In this document: in pieces, positions 28,123 to 37,781 of the stretch
Numbering within the stretch: position 1 is the stretch's first letter
Layout of the letters: each line of letters begins with the position of its first letter
Assembly: GCA_023436585.1 (NCBI GenBank)
Contig: JAEZIN010000027.1
Coordinates: forward strand, 64,847 to 128,846
From: Bacillota bacterium
GTDB lineage: Bacteria > Bacillota > Clostridia > Christensenellales > Aristaeellaceae
DNA: 64,000 nucleotides
Direction: 5' to 3'
Translations under genes and position numbers: made by a program
The notes under the pieces: generated by a model
Databases searched by the model: none
What the model was told of the DNA's origin: nothing
What the model saw: the letters and a program-made list of their open reading frames with translations, nothing else

Positions 28123-28818
28123 TCAGCGGAGCGTGGACAGAATTTGAAAATGATTCTTCCTGTAGCGGATAAGCCCCTCCTTTTGCATGCGGCTAAGCTC
28201 CCTGGACAGGGCGCTGCGGTCGACGCAAAGATAGCAGGCCAGCGCTTCCCTGTTCATGGAGAGGTGTAGGGTGCTGGACTTCTTTTTTTCCTGTATGGCC
28301 AGGTACATGCAAACGCGTTCCCGAAGGCTTTTCTTGGAGAGGATATCAATTTTGTACAGCTGCCGGATATTTGCGTTGGCGACAATCTCCAGCAGGTTCT
28401 TTATAAGCCTGCACCGGATGGCTTCCTGGAGGATGCCGCAGTTTGCGATGGCATCATAGGGAAATGTCAGGACGGTCACATCGGTTTTGCTTGTAATGTT
28501 CAAGGGGCTTATTCGGGTGGGCGTGCATACGATTTCCGCCGTGTATACTTCGCAAGGTGATACCTCCCGGAGCAATAGCAGATTGCCATGGATATCCTCC
28601 TTGAAAATATCCAGCCGGCCGCTGAGCAAAATGCCGATTTCGCGCACCTCGCTGTCGATACCAATGAGCGTAACGCCCTTTTCAAACTGCCGGAGCCTTA
28701 CCTGAAGAAGCGGATACAACTCCGCCATTTCTTTTTGCGTGAACCCGCTGAAGATAGCAGCTTCAGCCAAACGCCCGTCAAATTGACCGGCCGAGGTATG
28801 GAGTGCTTTGTCTGTCAT
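28123..28818 (-). CDS. Crp/Fnr-family transcriptional regulator (cNMP-binding + HTH)
   Basis: C-terminal HTH …SMNREALACYLCVDRSALSRELSRMQKEGLI. Start MTDKAL at 28818 with RBS AGGGAG. Confidence 0.7.
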   Translation of the reverse strand: MTDKALHTSAGQFDGRLAEAAIFSGFTQKEMAELYPLLQVRLRQFEKGVTLIGIDSEVREIGILLSGRLDIFKEDIHGNLLLLREVSPCEVYTAEIVCTPTRISPLNITSKTDVTVLTFPYDAIANCGILQEAIRCRLIKNLLEIVANANIRQLYKIDILSKKSLRERVCMYLAIQEKKKSSTLHLSMNREALACYLCVDRSALSRELSRMQKEGLIRYRKNHFQILSTLR

Positions 28819-29028
28819 TGTTAGAACTCCCTGTATTTGCTGGAATACAGGATGCGCATAGGATATAAACACTATGCGCAGAAAGTGCCGGACCTTGCAC
28901 CAAGTCAGAAAAAACTGCATATACAGCTATGTTTGTGCATAGAAATTGCCCGCCGCAATGGGGAAACAATGGCCCTGAACTCTGCCCCGCAGCTGTGGCT
29001 TTCTATTTTACTGCTGCTGTTCAACCTG

Positions 29029-29099
29029 TAAATTGCATTGACCTAATACGCCATATTGGAAGAATGCAGTTGAAATTGCATATTAATGGTGATACAATG
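29029..29099 (+). promoter_or_regulatory. Promoter region for the MCP gene. Candidates: sigma-D/FliA-like TAAA-N17-GCCATAT (29029-29056) and sigma-A TTGAAA-N17-TACAAT (29071-29099)
   Basis: Hexamer matches read directly. Which one is used cannot be decided from sequence. Confidence 0.35.
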
Positions 29100-29183
29100 A
29101 CATAAAAGGAGAAGTCGAATTTTACGTTTTTTTGGTGGTATCTTTATCAATATCCATTATTTACAAATGAAGGAGCACACCTC

Positions 29184-30890
29184 GTGAGAAACATCAATCT
29201 TCGTATTAAGATGCTTATTTTTTCCGTGATGGCTGCTGCGTTGATCCTGCTGGTATGGGCGCTCTCCGTATCCCTTTTTGAGAACACGAAAATTGGCAGC
29301 AAATTATACGATGAAATCATGCTTTCCAACGAGCTGACAACGGATATCAAACCGCCTGTGGAGTATGTAATCGAAGCGTATGCGGTTGCGCAGGAATATA
29401 TCGGAACGGACGGCTCCGACCAGAGGGAAGAATTGTATACATCTTTCCAAGCTCTGAAACAAGCCTTTCAGGAGCGGTATTTGTTTTGGGATGCGCACAT
29501 TACGGATAATGAAATGCGGCAGGTTTTTTTGAAAGACGCGCATGATTCCGCCGTACATTTCTTTGATGTATTTGAAAACGAGGTTGTGCCTGCAGGCAAG
29601 AACTACAACGCCGTTCAGATGAAGATGGCACAGCGAAATCTCAAGACCGCTTATACGGAGCATCGCGCCGCCATAGACAAGACATTGACGCTGTCTGACA
29701 ATTGGCGGACAGGCTTGCTAAAAACGGCGGAAGAAACCACCCAAAGAGACAATTTCATGCTGAATATTATCGTTATATGCGGCCTGCTGGCCTGCGTGGC
29801 GGTAAGCTTGCTGATTACCCTTCCGCTTTCGAAAACCGCCAAGTATGTAACCGGCGTGATGGAACGCATCGCCGAGGGGGACTTGTCTGCCACTATCAAC
29901 GACAGATACATTTCCCGGGATGAAATGGGCCGGCTGTGCCTGTCCACAAAGCGGACGGCCGAACGGCTGAACGGGTATCTTTCGTATATCAATGAAATCA
30001 CCGCGGTACTGAATTCCATGGCCGCCGGGGATATGCGCATCCGCCTTGCCAATGATTACAGCGGTGAGTTTGCGGCTATCAAGCAGGCGCTGCTGGAAAT
30101 AGCGTCTTCGCTGAACAATACGCTCAATGCCATCACGGTTGCGTCCAGCCAGGTCAACGCAGGCGCGAAGCGGATCTCCGAAGAAGCGCAGACACTTTCT
30201 CATGGTGTGCAGACGCAGGCGAGCTCCATCGAGCAATTGACCTCTTCCATAGAAAGCGTATCCGTACAGGCTAAGGATAACGCGAACAATGTAAAGAAAG
30301 CCACGGAATATGTGAGCAGGGCAGTCGTTGGAATCGGCCAGAGCAATGAAACCATGCACAAGATGCTGGATTCCATGGACAGGATCAGCAAAACCTCCGG
30401 CGAGATCGGCCAGATCATCAAGGTGATCGATGATATCGCGTTCCAAACGAACATCCTGGCCCTCAATGCCGCGGTAGAGGCGGCCCGGGCAGGTTCCGCC
30501 GGCAGCGGGTTTGCCGTTGTGGCAGGCGAAGTACGCAATCTGGCGGGCAAATCATCGGAAGCTGCCAAGCAGACGACACGGCTCATCGAGGCGTCCCTCA
30601 AGGCCATATCCGGCGGCGCAAAATATTCGGAGGATACGGCCAAGGAGCTTGAGGAAGTGGCCCGGGAAGCGGAACAGATCAAGGCAGCTATTGCTGGCAT
30701 TGAAACCGCCTCGGCAACCCAGGCCGCCGCAATCGAACAGATCAAGCAGGGCCTCAAGCAGATTTCCGATGTGGTGCAGAGCAACGCCGCTGCGTCCGAG
30801 GAAAGCGCCTCTGCCTCCGAGGAAATGTTCAGCCAGTCTACGCTGCTAAAGGAAGAAGTGGACAAGTTCACGCTGGACGGAATGATGTAA
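29184..30890 (+). CDS. Methyl-accepting chemotaxis protein (N-terminal TM + ligand domain, HAMP, MCP signalling domain)
   Basis: RBS AAGGAG 9 nt before GTG. Heptad-rich C-terminal half with the MCP highly conserved region (…[35 protein letters not shown]…). Confidence 0.85.
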   Translation: MRNINLRIKMLIFSVMAAALILLVWALSVSLFENTKIGSKLYDEIMLSNELTTDIKPPVEYVIEAYAVAQEYIGTDGSDQREELYTSFQALKQAFQERYLFWDAHITDNEMRQVFLKDAHDSAVHFFDVFENEVVPAGKNYNAVQMKMAQRNLKTAYTEHRAAIDKTLTLSDNWRTGLLKTAEETTQRDNFMLNIIVICGLLACVAVSLLITLPLSKTAKYVTGVMERIAEGDLSATINDRYISRDEMGRLCLSTKRTAERLNGYLSYINEITAVLNSMAAGDMRIRLANDYSGEFAAIKQALLEIASSLNNTLNAITVASSQVNAGAKRISEEAQTLSHGVQTQASSIEQLTSSIESVSVQAKDNANNVKKATEYVSRAVVGIGQSNETMHKMLDSMDRISKTSGEIGQIIKVIDDIAFQTNILALNAAVEAARAGSAGSGFAVVAGEVRNLAGKSSEAAKQTTRLIEASLKAISGGAKYSEDTAKELEEVAREAEQIKAAIAGIETASATQAAAIEQIKQGLKQISDVVQSNAAASEESASASEEMFSQSTLLKEEVDKFTLDGMM

Positions 30891-30916
30891 GCAATCAAGC
30901 AAATAACTATATGAAC

Positions 30917-30948
30917 AAAGAGGAGGAAGCCGTTAGGCTCCTCCTCTT
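30917..30948. terminator. Bidirectional terminator AAGAGGAGGA-(11 nt)-TCCTCCTCTT between convergent MCP and flotillin genes
   Basis: Perfect 10-bp stem read directly. Confidence 0.6.
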
Positions 30949-31003
30949 GTATTTCCTATAACACAGGGTATATTCTGTTCCTTGCATATGACCATGGGAA
31001 AGA

Positions 31004-32998
31004 TTATGCTTTTTCTGTTTCAGCCTGTTCCGGTGAATTTGCGGACGGTTCGGGCACGTGCTGCAAGGAGACGCCCAGTTTATCCAGCGTGATGAACTTC
31101 AGCAGTGTATCCATTACGGTGCTGCCGTTTCCCGAATCGCCTGAACCGCTCTGATTGCCGCCCATATGGACGACCGTTTTGGGAACGATATCGACCTTGG
31201 CGTTTTTGATGGCGTCCGCCAGCTTGTCGGTGATCTCCTGGATCACGCGGAATTCCGCGCCGCCATACGCCTTGACCTGCGCCTCGATGGCTTGGGCCTT
31301 GGCAAGGCCGACGTTGGATTCCTTGGACGCTTCCGCTTCGCCTTCCAGTCTCACCTTGGAGGCGTGGGCCCTGGCCAGCGCGACGATCTGGTTGGATTCC
31401 TGCTCCGCACGGCTGGCCAGAGCGGCACCGTTGTTGCCCTCAATCTCGATTTGAATCTTCGATCTGGTGAGGAAGCTTTGCTGCTCCGCTGTTGCCTGCG
31501 CCTCACGCAGGGATTTTTCGCTTTCAGCCGCGGACTGCTGCTTTTGGTAGGTCACTTTCTTTTCTTCGGCAATCTGCCTTTCCCGAAGCTGCATCAATAT
31601 GTTCTCAATCTGGGAATCGGCGACCGCGGTCTTGGGCGTGCCGATCAGCACCTCCTCCAATTGGAGGTTGTATTTTTCAAATTTCATCCTCATCTCAAGA
31701 ACGGCGCGTTCACGGATGGAGCTGCGCTCCTGTATCAGCTCGATCAAGGTTTTTGTCTGCGCCACATCCTTGAAATAGGCGCTGACCAGCGGATCCAGGG
31801 ACTGGTTGACCAGCATGCCGATATCGCCAAAGCGCTGGATTACCCACGGCGCCTGCTTGTAGTCGATGTGCATAACCACCGACAGCGGAAGGGAGGGCTC
31901 AAAAGCGTCCTTGGTGATGATGTCCACTTCCGTCAGGTTCTCATCGTACTTATGATCGCCGCTTTCGGTTTTGTTCCACTTCAATATGATGTTGGTTGTG
32001 GGGACGAGCACGACCTTGCCGGCGTCGGTGTTGAACGCATATTTGCCAGGCATCAGGGGCTTTTCCAGCACACCCTTGGAACCGACGCTGACAAGCTCGC
32101 CGTGCTTGTAATCGGCGCCTGATGTATCCACCCCTTCGGTGCCGAAGAAAGAGACGACGACGCCGACATAACCGATGGAAACGACAGTTTTGGGCCGGTA
32201 TTCGACTGTGGCGAACAGACGGTTGATGTAATAGGTACCGTCTGTCAATACCTGAATTTGCTTGCCGCGCCGGCCGCCCAGTTCCAGGAACTTCTCGGGG
32301 TCCTGAAAGCTGGCATGCTCTTCTCCCACATCCGGAGCGATAATTTCGCCCTGCGCGATGGGTGTGCCGTCATGCACCGTTACAATGCCCATCATGTCGC
32401 TGGATTCATTGCCCTTGCCCATAATCACCACGGGCGTGAAGCCTTCCCGGGCCGACAGCGTTTTTTGCATGCTTATAAGTTCGCTTTGCTCCTGCTTGGA
32501 GGTGCTGGCAATGGTTTTGATATCGCCGGAAGTGATGACAATAAACTGCGCCAGGTTGATGGCGTAGGTGCCCTCACGCAGAATACCCCGCTGGGGGCCG
32601 CGCTGGCCGCCGTTTTTCAAAAACCCGGACACATCCTGAAAATTATTGGCTTGAGGAACGATCCGCCCCAGGGTCTGGACAGGGGACAACGGAAGCCCGT
32701 CACGGGCGAACAGGTAGGCGATGCTACCCTGGGGAATCGTAATCAGGGGATATTTATGGATTTTGTACATCAGCACGGATTTGAAATGGATGCCGCCGCG
32801 CAAAAGGTCCGGCGCATAACCTGCTTCTCCATGCAGCGCGATGATGGCATCCTTCAAAGAGCCTTTGGGGCTCCACCATTTTTCCACGACCGCCACTTCA
32901 TTGGAATTGATGATCCGAAGCCCCAGAATCTTGAATATCAACAGGTAGAGGAAAAAAACGATACCAACAATGATTGCCGCGGTCTCCAACAGACTCAT
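31004..32998 (-). CDS. Flotillin-like protein (SPFH/band-7 domain + long Ala/Glu-rich coiled coil), YqiK/FloT-like
   Basis: RBS GGAGG before MSLLETAAIIVGIVFFLYLLIF (N-terminal TM). SPFH core, then …QIAEEKKVTYQKQQSAAESEK…EAEASKE repeats. Confidence 0.75.
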   Translation of the reverse strand: MSLLETAAIIVGIVFFLYLLIFKILGLRIINSNEVAVVEKWWSPKGSLKDAIIALHGEAGYAPDLLRGGIHFKSVLMYKIHKYPLITIPQGSIAYLFARDGLPLSPVQTLGRIVPQANNFQDVSGFLKNGGQRGPQRGILREGTYAINLAQFIVITSGDIKTIASTSKQEQSELISMQKTLSAREGFTPVVIMGKGNESSDMMGIVTVHDGTPIAQGEIIAPDVGEEHASFQDPEKFLELGGRRGKQIQVLTDGTYYINRLFATVEYRPKTVVSIGYVGVVVSFFGTEGVDTSGADYKHGELVSVGSKGVLEKPLMPGKYAFNTDAGKVVLVPTTNIILKWNKTESGDHKYDENLTEVDIITKDAFEPSLPLSVVMHIDYKQAPWVIQRFGDIGMLVNQSLDPLVSAYFKDVAQTKTLIELIQERSSIRERAVLEMRMKFEKYNLQLEEVLIGTPKTAVADSQIENILMQLRERQIAEEKKVTYQKQQSAAESEKSLREAQATAEQQSFLTRSKIQIEIEGNNGAALASRAEQESNQIVALARAHASKVRLEGEAEASKESNVGLAKAQAIEAQVKAYGGAEFRVIQEITDKLADAIKNAKVDIVPKTVVHMGGNQSGSGDSGNGSTVMDTLLKFITLDKLGVSLQHVPEPSANSPEQAETEKA

Positions 32999-33156
32999 AA
33001 ACCACGCCTCCAACAAAATATTCATATTCGTATCATATAGAATATTCTTCACACAAAGCACCTCGAAGTTTATCCTACGCAGATTATAGCATATGAAATG
33101 TTAAATAAAAACAATGACGCTATAATTTTCAATTGAGAGAAAGGTACTAAAACAAA

Positions 33157-33183
33157 CAGGCCTGCCTTCAGCCGGCAAGCCTG
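33157..33183 (-). terminator. Terminator hairpin (CAGGCTTGCC-GGCTGAA-GGCAGGCCTG on the minus strand) plus TTTGTTTT after the ABC-F gene
   Basis: Read directly. Confidence 0.5.
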
Positions 33184-33269
33184 GGTGTTGCGTTTGTGAC
33201 ATAACGGGCTATCTGTTTTGTTGATACGGTGTATATTGCCCGCGCTGCTCCATCTCTCTCACAAGCGCC

Positions 33270-35150
33270 TTACGTCTCCCTTTCGAGTTGCGTGGCTGCG
33301 GCCTCCCACAGCTTATACATGGCCGCAAGCCCGGCCTCGAGTGCTGCTTTTTCGGCGAGCACTTCGTTCAGCCGGACATAATCGCTGGCGCATTCCTCGA
33401 TCTTTTTGTCAAAGTCCGTGAGCTTTTCCTCCGCCCTTGCAATGTCCCGCTCCAGCACATTCAGCTTGCGCTCCGCCCGCTGGTCGCGGCCAGATGGCTT
33501 TGTAGTGGGCTTGGGCGCCTTTTCTTTTTCTTGCGGTGGTGCGGCTTGCTCCATAGCCTTCAACTTTCTATATCGCTCGTAATCGCACGGCCAGTCACGA
33601 AAATTTCCATCTTCGATCTCCCATACGCGGTCGGCGAACCTGCGTATAAAGTACCTGTCATGGGAGACGAAAAGAAGCGCGCCTGTAAACTCCGCCACCG
33701 CTTCCTCAATCCATTCGCGGGAATTCAGGTCCAGGTGGTTTGTCGGTTCGTCCAGAATGAGTACATTCGCCCGCGACATCATGATCAGGCACAGCCTAAG
33801 ACGCGCCCGCTCGCCGCCTGAAAGCTGGGAGACCAGCTTGAACTGATCCTCGCCCCTAAAACGGAAGGCGCCCAGCCGGTCACGCGCCTCCTGCGGCTGA
33901 CAGTTTGCTTCATACAGAAGCGTATCGTAAAGCGTCCGCTCCGGATGTGAAAATTCCACCACTTGCGGAAGATACGCCCAACGGGCGGAGGGCCCAAAGC
34001 TTGCCTTGCCCGTATCCGGAGATTCGAGCCCCATCAATATCTTTAAGAACGTGGTTTTGCCGCAGCCATTCGGCCCCAGCAGCGCGATACGTTCACCGTT
34101 CCCGCGCATCTGCGCGTTCACACCGGAAAAGAGTGTTTTCCCTCCGAAGGATTTTGAGAGATTCTCCGTCCAGAGCACCTTGTCCGCCAGGAACTGGTCG
34201 GAATGAAACCCCATCTCCATGCGCGATTGCCTTGTGGGCCGGTCAGTCTCCTGAACTCGCTCGATGCGCTTTTCCATCGCCCGCGCCTTCTTGTGGAGCG
34301 CGGGGTTATCGTAGACAGAACCCCAGGCCTTGAGCCTTTGCACCTGAAACTCCAGCTGCTTGACCTTAGCCTGCTCCCGCTGATATCGCATGAGCTGCTG
34401 CTGGTATCGCTGCTCCTTCTCCTGGGCGTAAAAAGTATAGTTGCCGCCATAGAAGTTTGGTTTTCCATTTTCAAGCTCTACAATCCTGGTGACCACCGCA
34501 TCCAAAAAATAACGGTCATGGGATACGACCAGCACAGTTCCCTTATAGTGCAAGAGGTAATCCTCCAGCCATTCCATGGAGCGCGTATCCAAGTGGTTGG
34601 TTGGCTCATCCAGGAGGAGGACGTCCGTCTTCTCCAGAATCAGCCGGGCCAGGCTCACCCGCGTGCGCTCCCCGCCGGAGAGATCGGAAAAAAGGCGCAG
34701 GCGCATCCCGGCATCGATTCCCAGCCCATTGGCAACCTTGTTGACCTCTGTCTCCCATTCGTAGCCGCCAAGGGACACATACTCATCCATGAGCTGGGAA
34801 TACCAGCCCGCATCGCCCTCATCCATGCCCGCGTGGATTTTTTCGATCTCCGCACCAATCTCAAATACACGGGTGAACGCCGCTTTCAGCACATCCTCGC
34901 TTGTGGTGCCCGGCCCGTAATGATTCAGCTGTGCCACATAGCCCAGCCTGAGCCCCTTTACAATGCTCGCGCTGCCGGCGTCTGGCGTAAGCTCGCCCGT
35001 AATGATTTTGAGCAGTGTCGTTTTCCCCGCACCGTTCCCGCCAAGCAGTCCTACACGCTCGCCCCGGTCAACCTGAAAGCTCACACTGTCCAGCACGACA
35101 CGGTCCTGCGCAAATGATTTCCTGACGGAGGAGATGTTGATATCAGCCAT
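33270..35150 (-). CDS. ABC-F family ATPase (tandem ABC domains, no TMD; Uup/YdiF/EttA-like translation factor)
   Basis: Two Walker A motifs (GGNGAGKTT, GPNGCGKTT) and two LSGGE signatures. C-terminal coiled coil. Start MADINISS at 35150 (RBS GGTGGAAG). Promoter TTGACG-17-CATAAT upstream. Confidence 0.85.
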   Translation of the reverse strand: MADINISSVRKSFAQDRVVLDSVSFQVDRGERVGLLGGNGAGKTTLLKIITGELTPDAGSASIVKGLRLGYVAQLNHYGPGTTSEDVLKAAFTRVFEIGAEIEKIHAGMDEGDAGWYSQLMDEYVSLGGYEWETEVNKVANGLGIDAGMRLRLFSDLSGGERTRVSLARLILEKTDVLLLDEPTNHLDTRSMEWLEDYLLHYKGTVLVVSHDRYFLDAVVTRIVELENGKPNFYGGNYTFYAQEKEQRYQQQLMRYQREQAKVKQLEFQVQRLKAWGSVYDNPALHKKARAMEKRIERVQETDRPTRQSRMEMGFHSDQFLADKVLWTENLSKSFGGKTLFSGVNAQMRGNGERIALLGPNGCGKTTFLKILMGLESPDTGKASFGPSARWAYLPQVVEFSHPERTLYDTLLYEANCQPQEARDRLGAFRFRGEDQFKLVSQLSGGERARLRLCLIMMSRANVLILDEPTNHLDLNSREWIEEAVAEFTGALLFVSHDRYFIRRFADRVWEIEDGNFRDWPCDYERYRKLKAMEQAAPPQEKEKAPKPTTKPSGRDQRAERKLNVLERDIARAEEKLTDFDKKIEECASDYVRLNEVLAEKAALEAGLAAMYKLWEAAATQLERET

Positions 35151-35409
35151 ATCTTCCACCTGTATGATTTGATATGCCAATTATGAAGCACAACGCCGCC
35201 CGCGTCAATAAAACTAAACCATTTGGATAGGTTCAATGCCATAGATTATGATGCCTGCTGGATTCAAAATATTATCTACCAGCATGTCCATATCGGCCCT
35301 GTTTTGCCAATGTGAAAAAGACCTGCCTCATTAGCAAGCCTTTTCTTTGGCGATTGCCCCTTTTCATGTCTATAGCAACATTGCCGTCATAATAACGCAT
35401 GTACCTTTT

Positions 35410-36399
35410 TTATGCCTGAAGAACAGCTTCTATGGCCGTCAACTCTTCATTTGCGAGCGGCGCGCTCTTTATTGCCGCTACGTTCTCCAGAATCTGGGAC
35501 GGGCGGCTTGCCCCGATCAGCGCTGAAGTGACGACTTCGTCACGCAAAGCCCATTGAAGTGCCATCTGGGCCAGCTTCTGCCCCCGGGCCTGCGCGATTT
35601 TGCTGAGAGCCGCGACTTTTGAAAGCACATCCTCTGTGATGGATTCCGGCTTCAGGTAACGGGGATCATGGCCGGCGCGTGAGTCCGCCGGAATGCCATG
35701 CAGGTATTTGTCCGTCAGCAAGCCGCCCTGCAGCGGCATGAATACGATGCAGCCAACCTTTTCCCGGCGCAAGACGTCGGTCAGGCCGCCTTCGATGCGG
35801 CGGTTGAGCATGGAATAGCTGGGCTGGTGAATCAGGCATGGCGTGCCCAGCCCGCGAAGCGTTGCAATCGCTTTTTCGGCCAGCTCCGGGGGATAATTGG
35901 AGATGCCCACATACAGCGCTTTTCCGCTGCGCACAATCTGGTCCAGCGCGCCCATTGTTTCTTCAACAGGCGTCAGCGGGTCAGGCCGGTGATGGTAGAA
36001 GATATCCACATACTCCAGGTGCATCCTTTTCAGGCTCTGGTTCAGGCTTGCGATCAGATACTTGCGGCTGCCATGATCGCCATAGGGACCGGGCCACATG
36101 TCGTAGCCGGCCTTGGTGGAAATGATCAGTTCATCGCGATGGCTATGCCAGTCGCGGTCCATATGTATGCCAAAGTTGCGCTCCGCCTCACCGTAGGGAG
36201 GGCCGTAATTGTTTGCCAGGTCGAAATGGGTGATGCCGTTATCAAACGCGGTGCGCAAAATACCTTGCTGCGTGTCAAACGGCGTAATGCTGCCAAAATT
36301 GTGCCACAGCCCCAGGGAAATCTCGGGCAGCATCACGCCGCTGCTGCCGCAGCGGCGGTACTGCATGGTATCGTAACGGGTTTCTGCCGGAATGTACAT
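35410..36399 (-). CDS. Aldo/keto reductase family oxidoreductase (YghZ/Tas-like)
   Basis: RBS GAAGGAGAT before MYIPAE…MQYRRCGSSG…LGLW at 36399; the tracked GTG at 36420 is 7 codons upstream. …GITHFDLANNYGPPYGEAE. Confidence 0.8.
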   Translation of the reverse strand: MYIPAETRYDTMQYRRCGSSGVMLPEISLGLWHNFGSITPFDTQQGILRTAFDNGITHFDLANNYGPPYGEAERNFGIHMDRDWHSHRDELIISTKAGYDMWPGPYGDHGSRKYLIASLNQSLKRMHLEYVDIFYHHRPDPLTPVEETMGALDQIVRSGKALYVGISNYPPELAEKAIATLRGLGTPCLIHQPSYSMLNRRIEGGLTDVLRREKVGCIVFMPLQGGLLTDKYLHGIPADSRAGHDPRYLKPESITEDVLSKVAALSKIAQARGQKLAQMALQWALRDEVVTSALIGASRPSQILENVAAIKSAPLANEELTAIEAVLQA

Positions 36400-36416
36400 T
36401 GCTCTATCTCCTTCTG

Positions 36417-37175
36417 TCACACATTGCGGTACATGTCCATGGTGAATTTATTCTGATCACCACGGTATTTGGCGATGCTGTATTCTACGGGCTGGCCCAT
36501 CTCGTCATACGCGATGCTGCGGACGAGGCAAATGGCCTTGTTCTTTGCGATATTCAGAATTTCCGCTTCTGAGGTATTGGCGTTGACTGCTTCAATTTGC
36601 CTTTTCACATGTACGACATTTACGTTGTACTTGGTATGCAGCACCATGTACAGCGGTGAGGCGGACATATCCTCCTCGACCAAGGAAAAGAAACGGCTTG
36701 CCGGAAGAAAGGATTCAAGATAAACGATTGGTTTTCCATTGGCCAAAACAAGCCGCTGCAGGCAGACCAGGCTTTCGCTGATACTCAGGCCAAGCTTTTC
36801 ATTGACGGAAGCAATTGCGTCGCTGATCTCCAATTTGCGCACCTGGGTTGTTGGGACGATGCCCAGGCTTTGCATTTCCAAATTGAAGCTTTCAAGCTTT
36901 TGAATAAAGTTTGCCTCCAGCTTCTGGCGTGCGACAAATGTGCCCTTTCCCTTCATGCGGACAAGATACCCATCGGCCACCAGCGAGCTGAGGGCCTGGC
37001 GAACCGTGGGACGGCTAAGGTTGAGGGCAGAGCATAATTCCGCCTCCGAGTCCAGCATTTCGCCGGGACGCAGGCGATTGCTGTCAATATCTGATTTAAT
37101 GATCTGACGCAGCTGATAGTGGATAGGAACTGGCGTGCCGCGATCAATGAACTGACACCATCTATTAAGATCCAA
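36417..37175 (-). CDS. GntR-family transcriptional regulator, HutC subfamily (wHTH + UTRA effector domain), TTG start
   Basis: …PVPIHYQLRQIIKSDIDSNRLRPGEMLDSEAELCSALNLSRPTVRQAL classic GntR HTH. RBS GAGGAGG 8 nt before TTG. Confidence 0.8.
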   Translation of the reverse strand: MDLNRWCQFIDRGTPVPIHYQLRQIIKSDIDSNRLRPGEMLDSEAELCSALNLSRPTVRQALSSLVADGYLVRMKGKGTFVARQKLEANFIQKLESFNLEMQSLGIVPTTQVRKLEISDAIASVNEKLGLSISESLVCLQRLVLANGKPIVYLESFLPASRFFSLVEEDMSASPLYMVLHTKYNVNVVHVKRQIEAVNANTSEAEILNIAKNKAICLVRSIAYDEMGQPVEYSIAKYRGDQNKFTMDMYRNV

Positions 37176-37204
37176 GCAAATCGCCTCCTCAACCTGAACG
37201 AATT

Positions 37205-37215
37205 CATAATGTCAT
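37205..37215. promoter_or_regulatory. Copy 1 of the 11-bp motif CATAATGTCAT (in the GntR 5' leader)
   Basis: Exact repeat of the motif at 37396-37406. Confidence 0.35.
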
Positions 37216-37363
37216 ATCAATATAACACGGATGGATGAAAAATGCAATAGTGATGGACATATGTGTTGTTTTTCCCATAATGGCCTTGTTATGGGAGAAT
37301 GTACCCAAAAATAAGCTCGAATTAGGTGCATTGGGACATTAAATAAAAATATCGCAAAGTATA

Positions 37364-37420
37364 TTGCGCGATTGATAAATAAAGTATATAATGTGCATAA
37401 TGTCATTACAAGTTGACATG
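37364..37420 (+). promoter_or_regulatory. Sigma-A promoter TTGCGC-17-TATAAT (37364-37392). Motif copy 2 CATAATGTCAT plus palindrome ATGTCA-N8-TGACAT (37396-37420) overlaps the predicted transcription start and is a candidate GntR operator
   Basis: Read directly in sequence. Confidence 0.4.
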
Positions 37421-37469
37421 TTCGGGTCAATCAGGGTCTATAACAAACGAATAGATAGGTGGCGAATGT

Positions 37470-37781
37470 GTGAGTCCATTTGAACTGTTGATGCTGGGCT
37501 TGTTCGGTATCTCCTGGCCGGTATCGGTGTACAAGACATGGAAGACGAAGCAAACAGCGGGGAAAAGTCTTGTTTTTATTATCGCCATACTGGTGGGCTA
37601 TGTGTGCGGGATTATCCACAAACTGCTGTATTCTTTGGACTATGTTCTCATTCTGTATTGCGTTAACCTGATCAATGTTTCACTGGATTTGATCTTGTAC
37701 CTATATTATTCAAGGTATCCCGGCGGAAGGAAGCATATCAAAACTCAAAAAAATGGAGGAGAGAGCTATGTTCAATTTTAG
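37470..37781 (+). CDS. Small 3-TM protein of the MtN3/PQ-loop clan (SemiSWEET- or LAB_N-like)
   Basis: RBS AGGTGG 7 nt before GTG. ~100 aa with three hydrophobic helices. ISWPVSVYKTWKTKQTAGKSL aligns to the SemiSWEET PQ-loop (P..i.k..KT.SA..iSL). Confidence 0.5.
   Translation: MSPFELLMLGLFGISWPVSVYKTWKTKQTAGKSLVFIIAILVGYVCGIIHKLLYSLDYVLILYCVNLINVSLDLILYLYYSRYPGGRKHIKTQKNGGESYVQF

Noticed and set aside
29120-29166. Tiny ORF ([11 protein letters not shown]) with an AAAGGAG RBS in the MCP leader
   Set aside because: It is only 12 codons with a TTG start and nothing to suggest conservation. It is not called as a gene.
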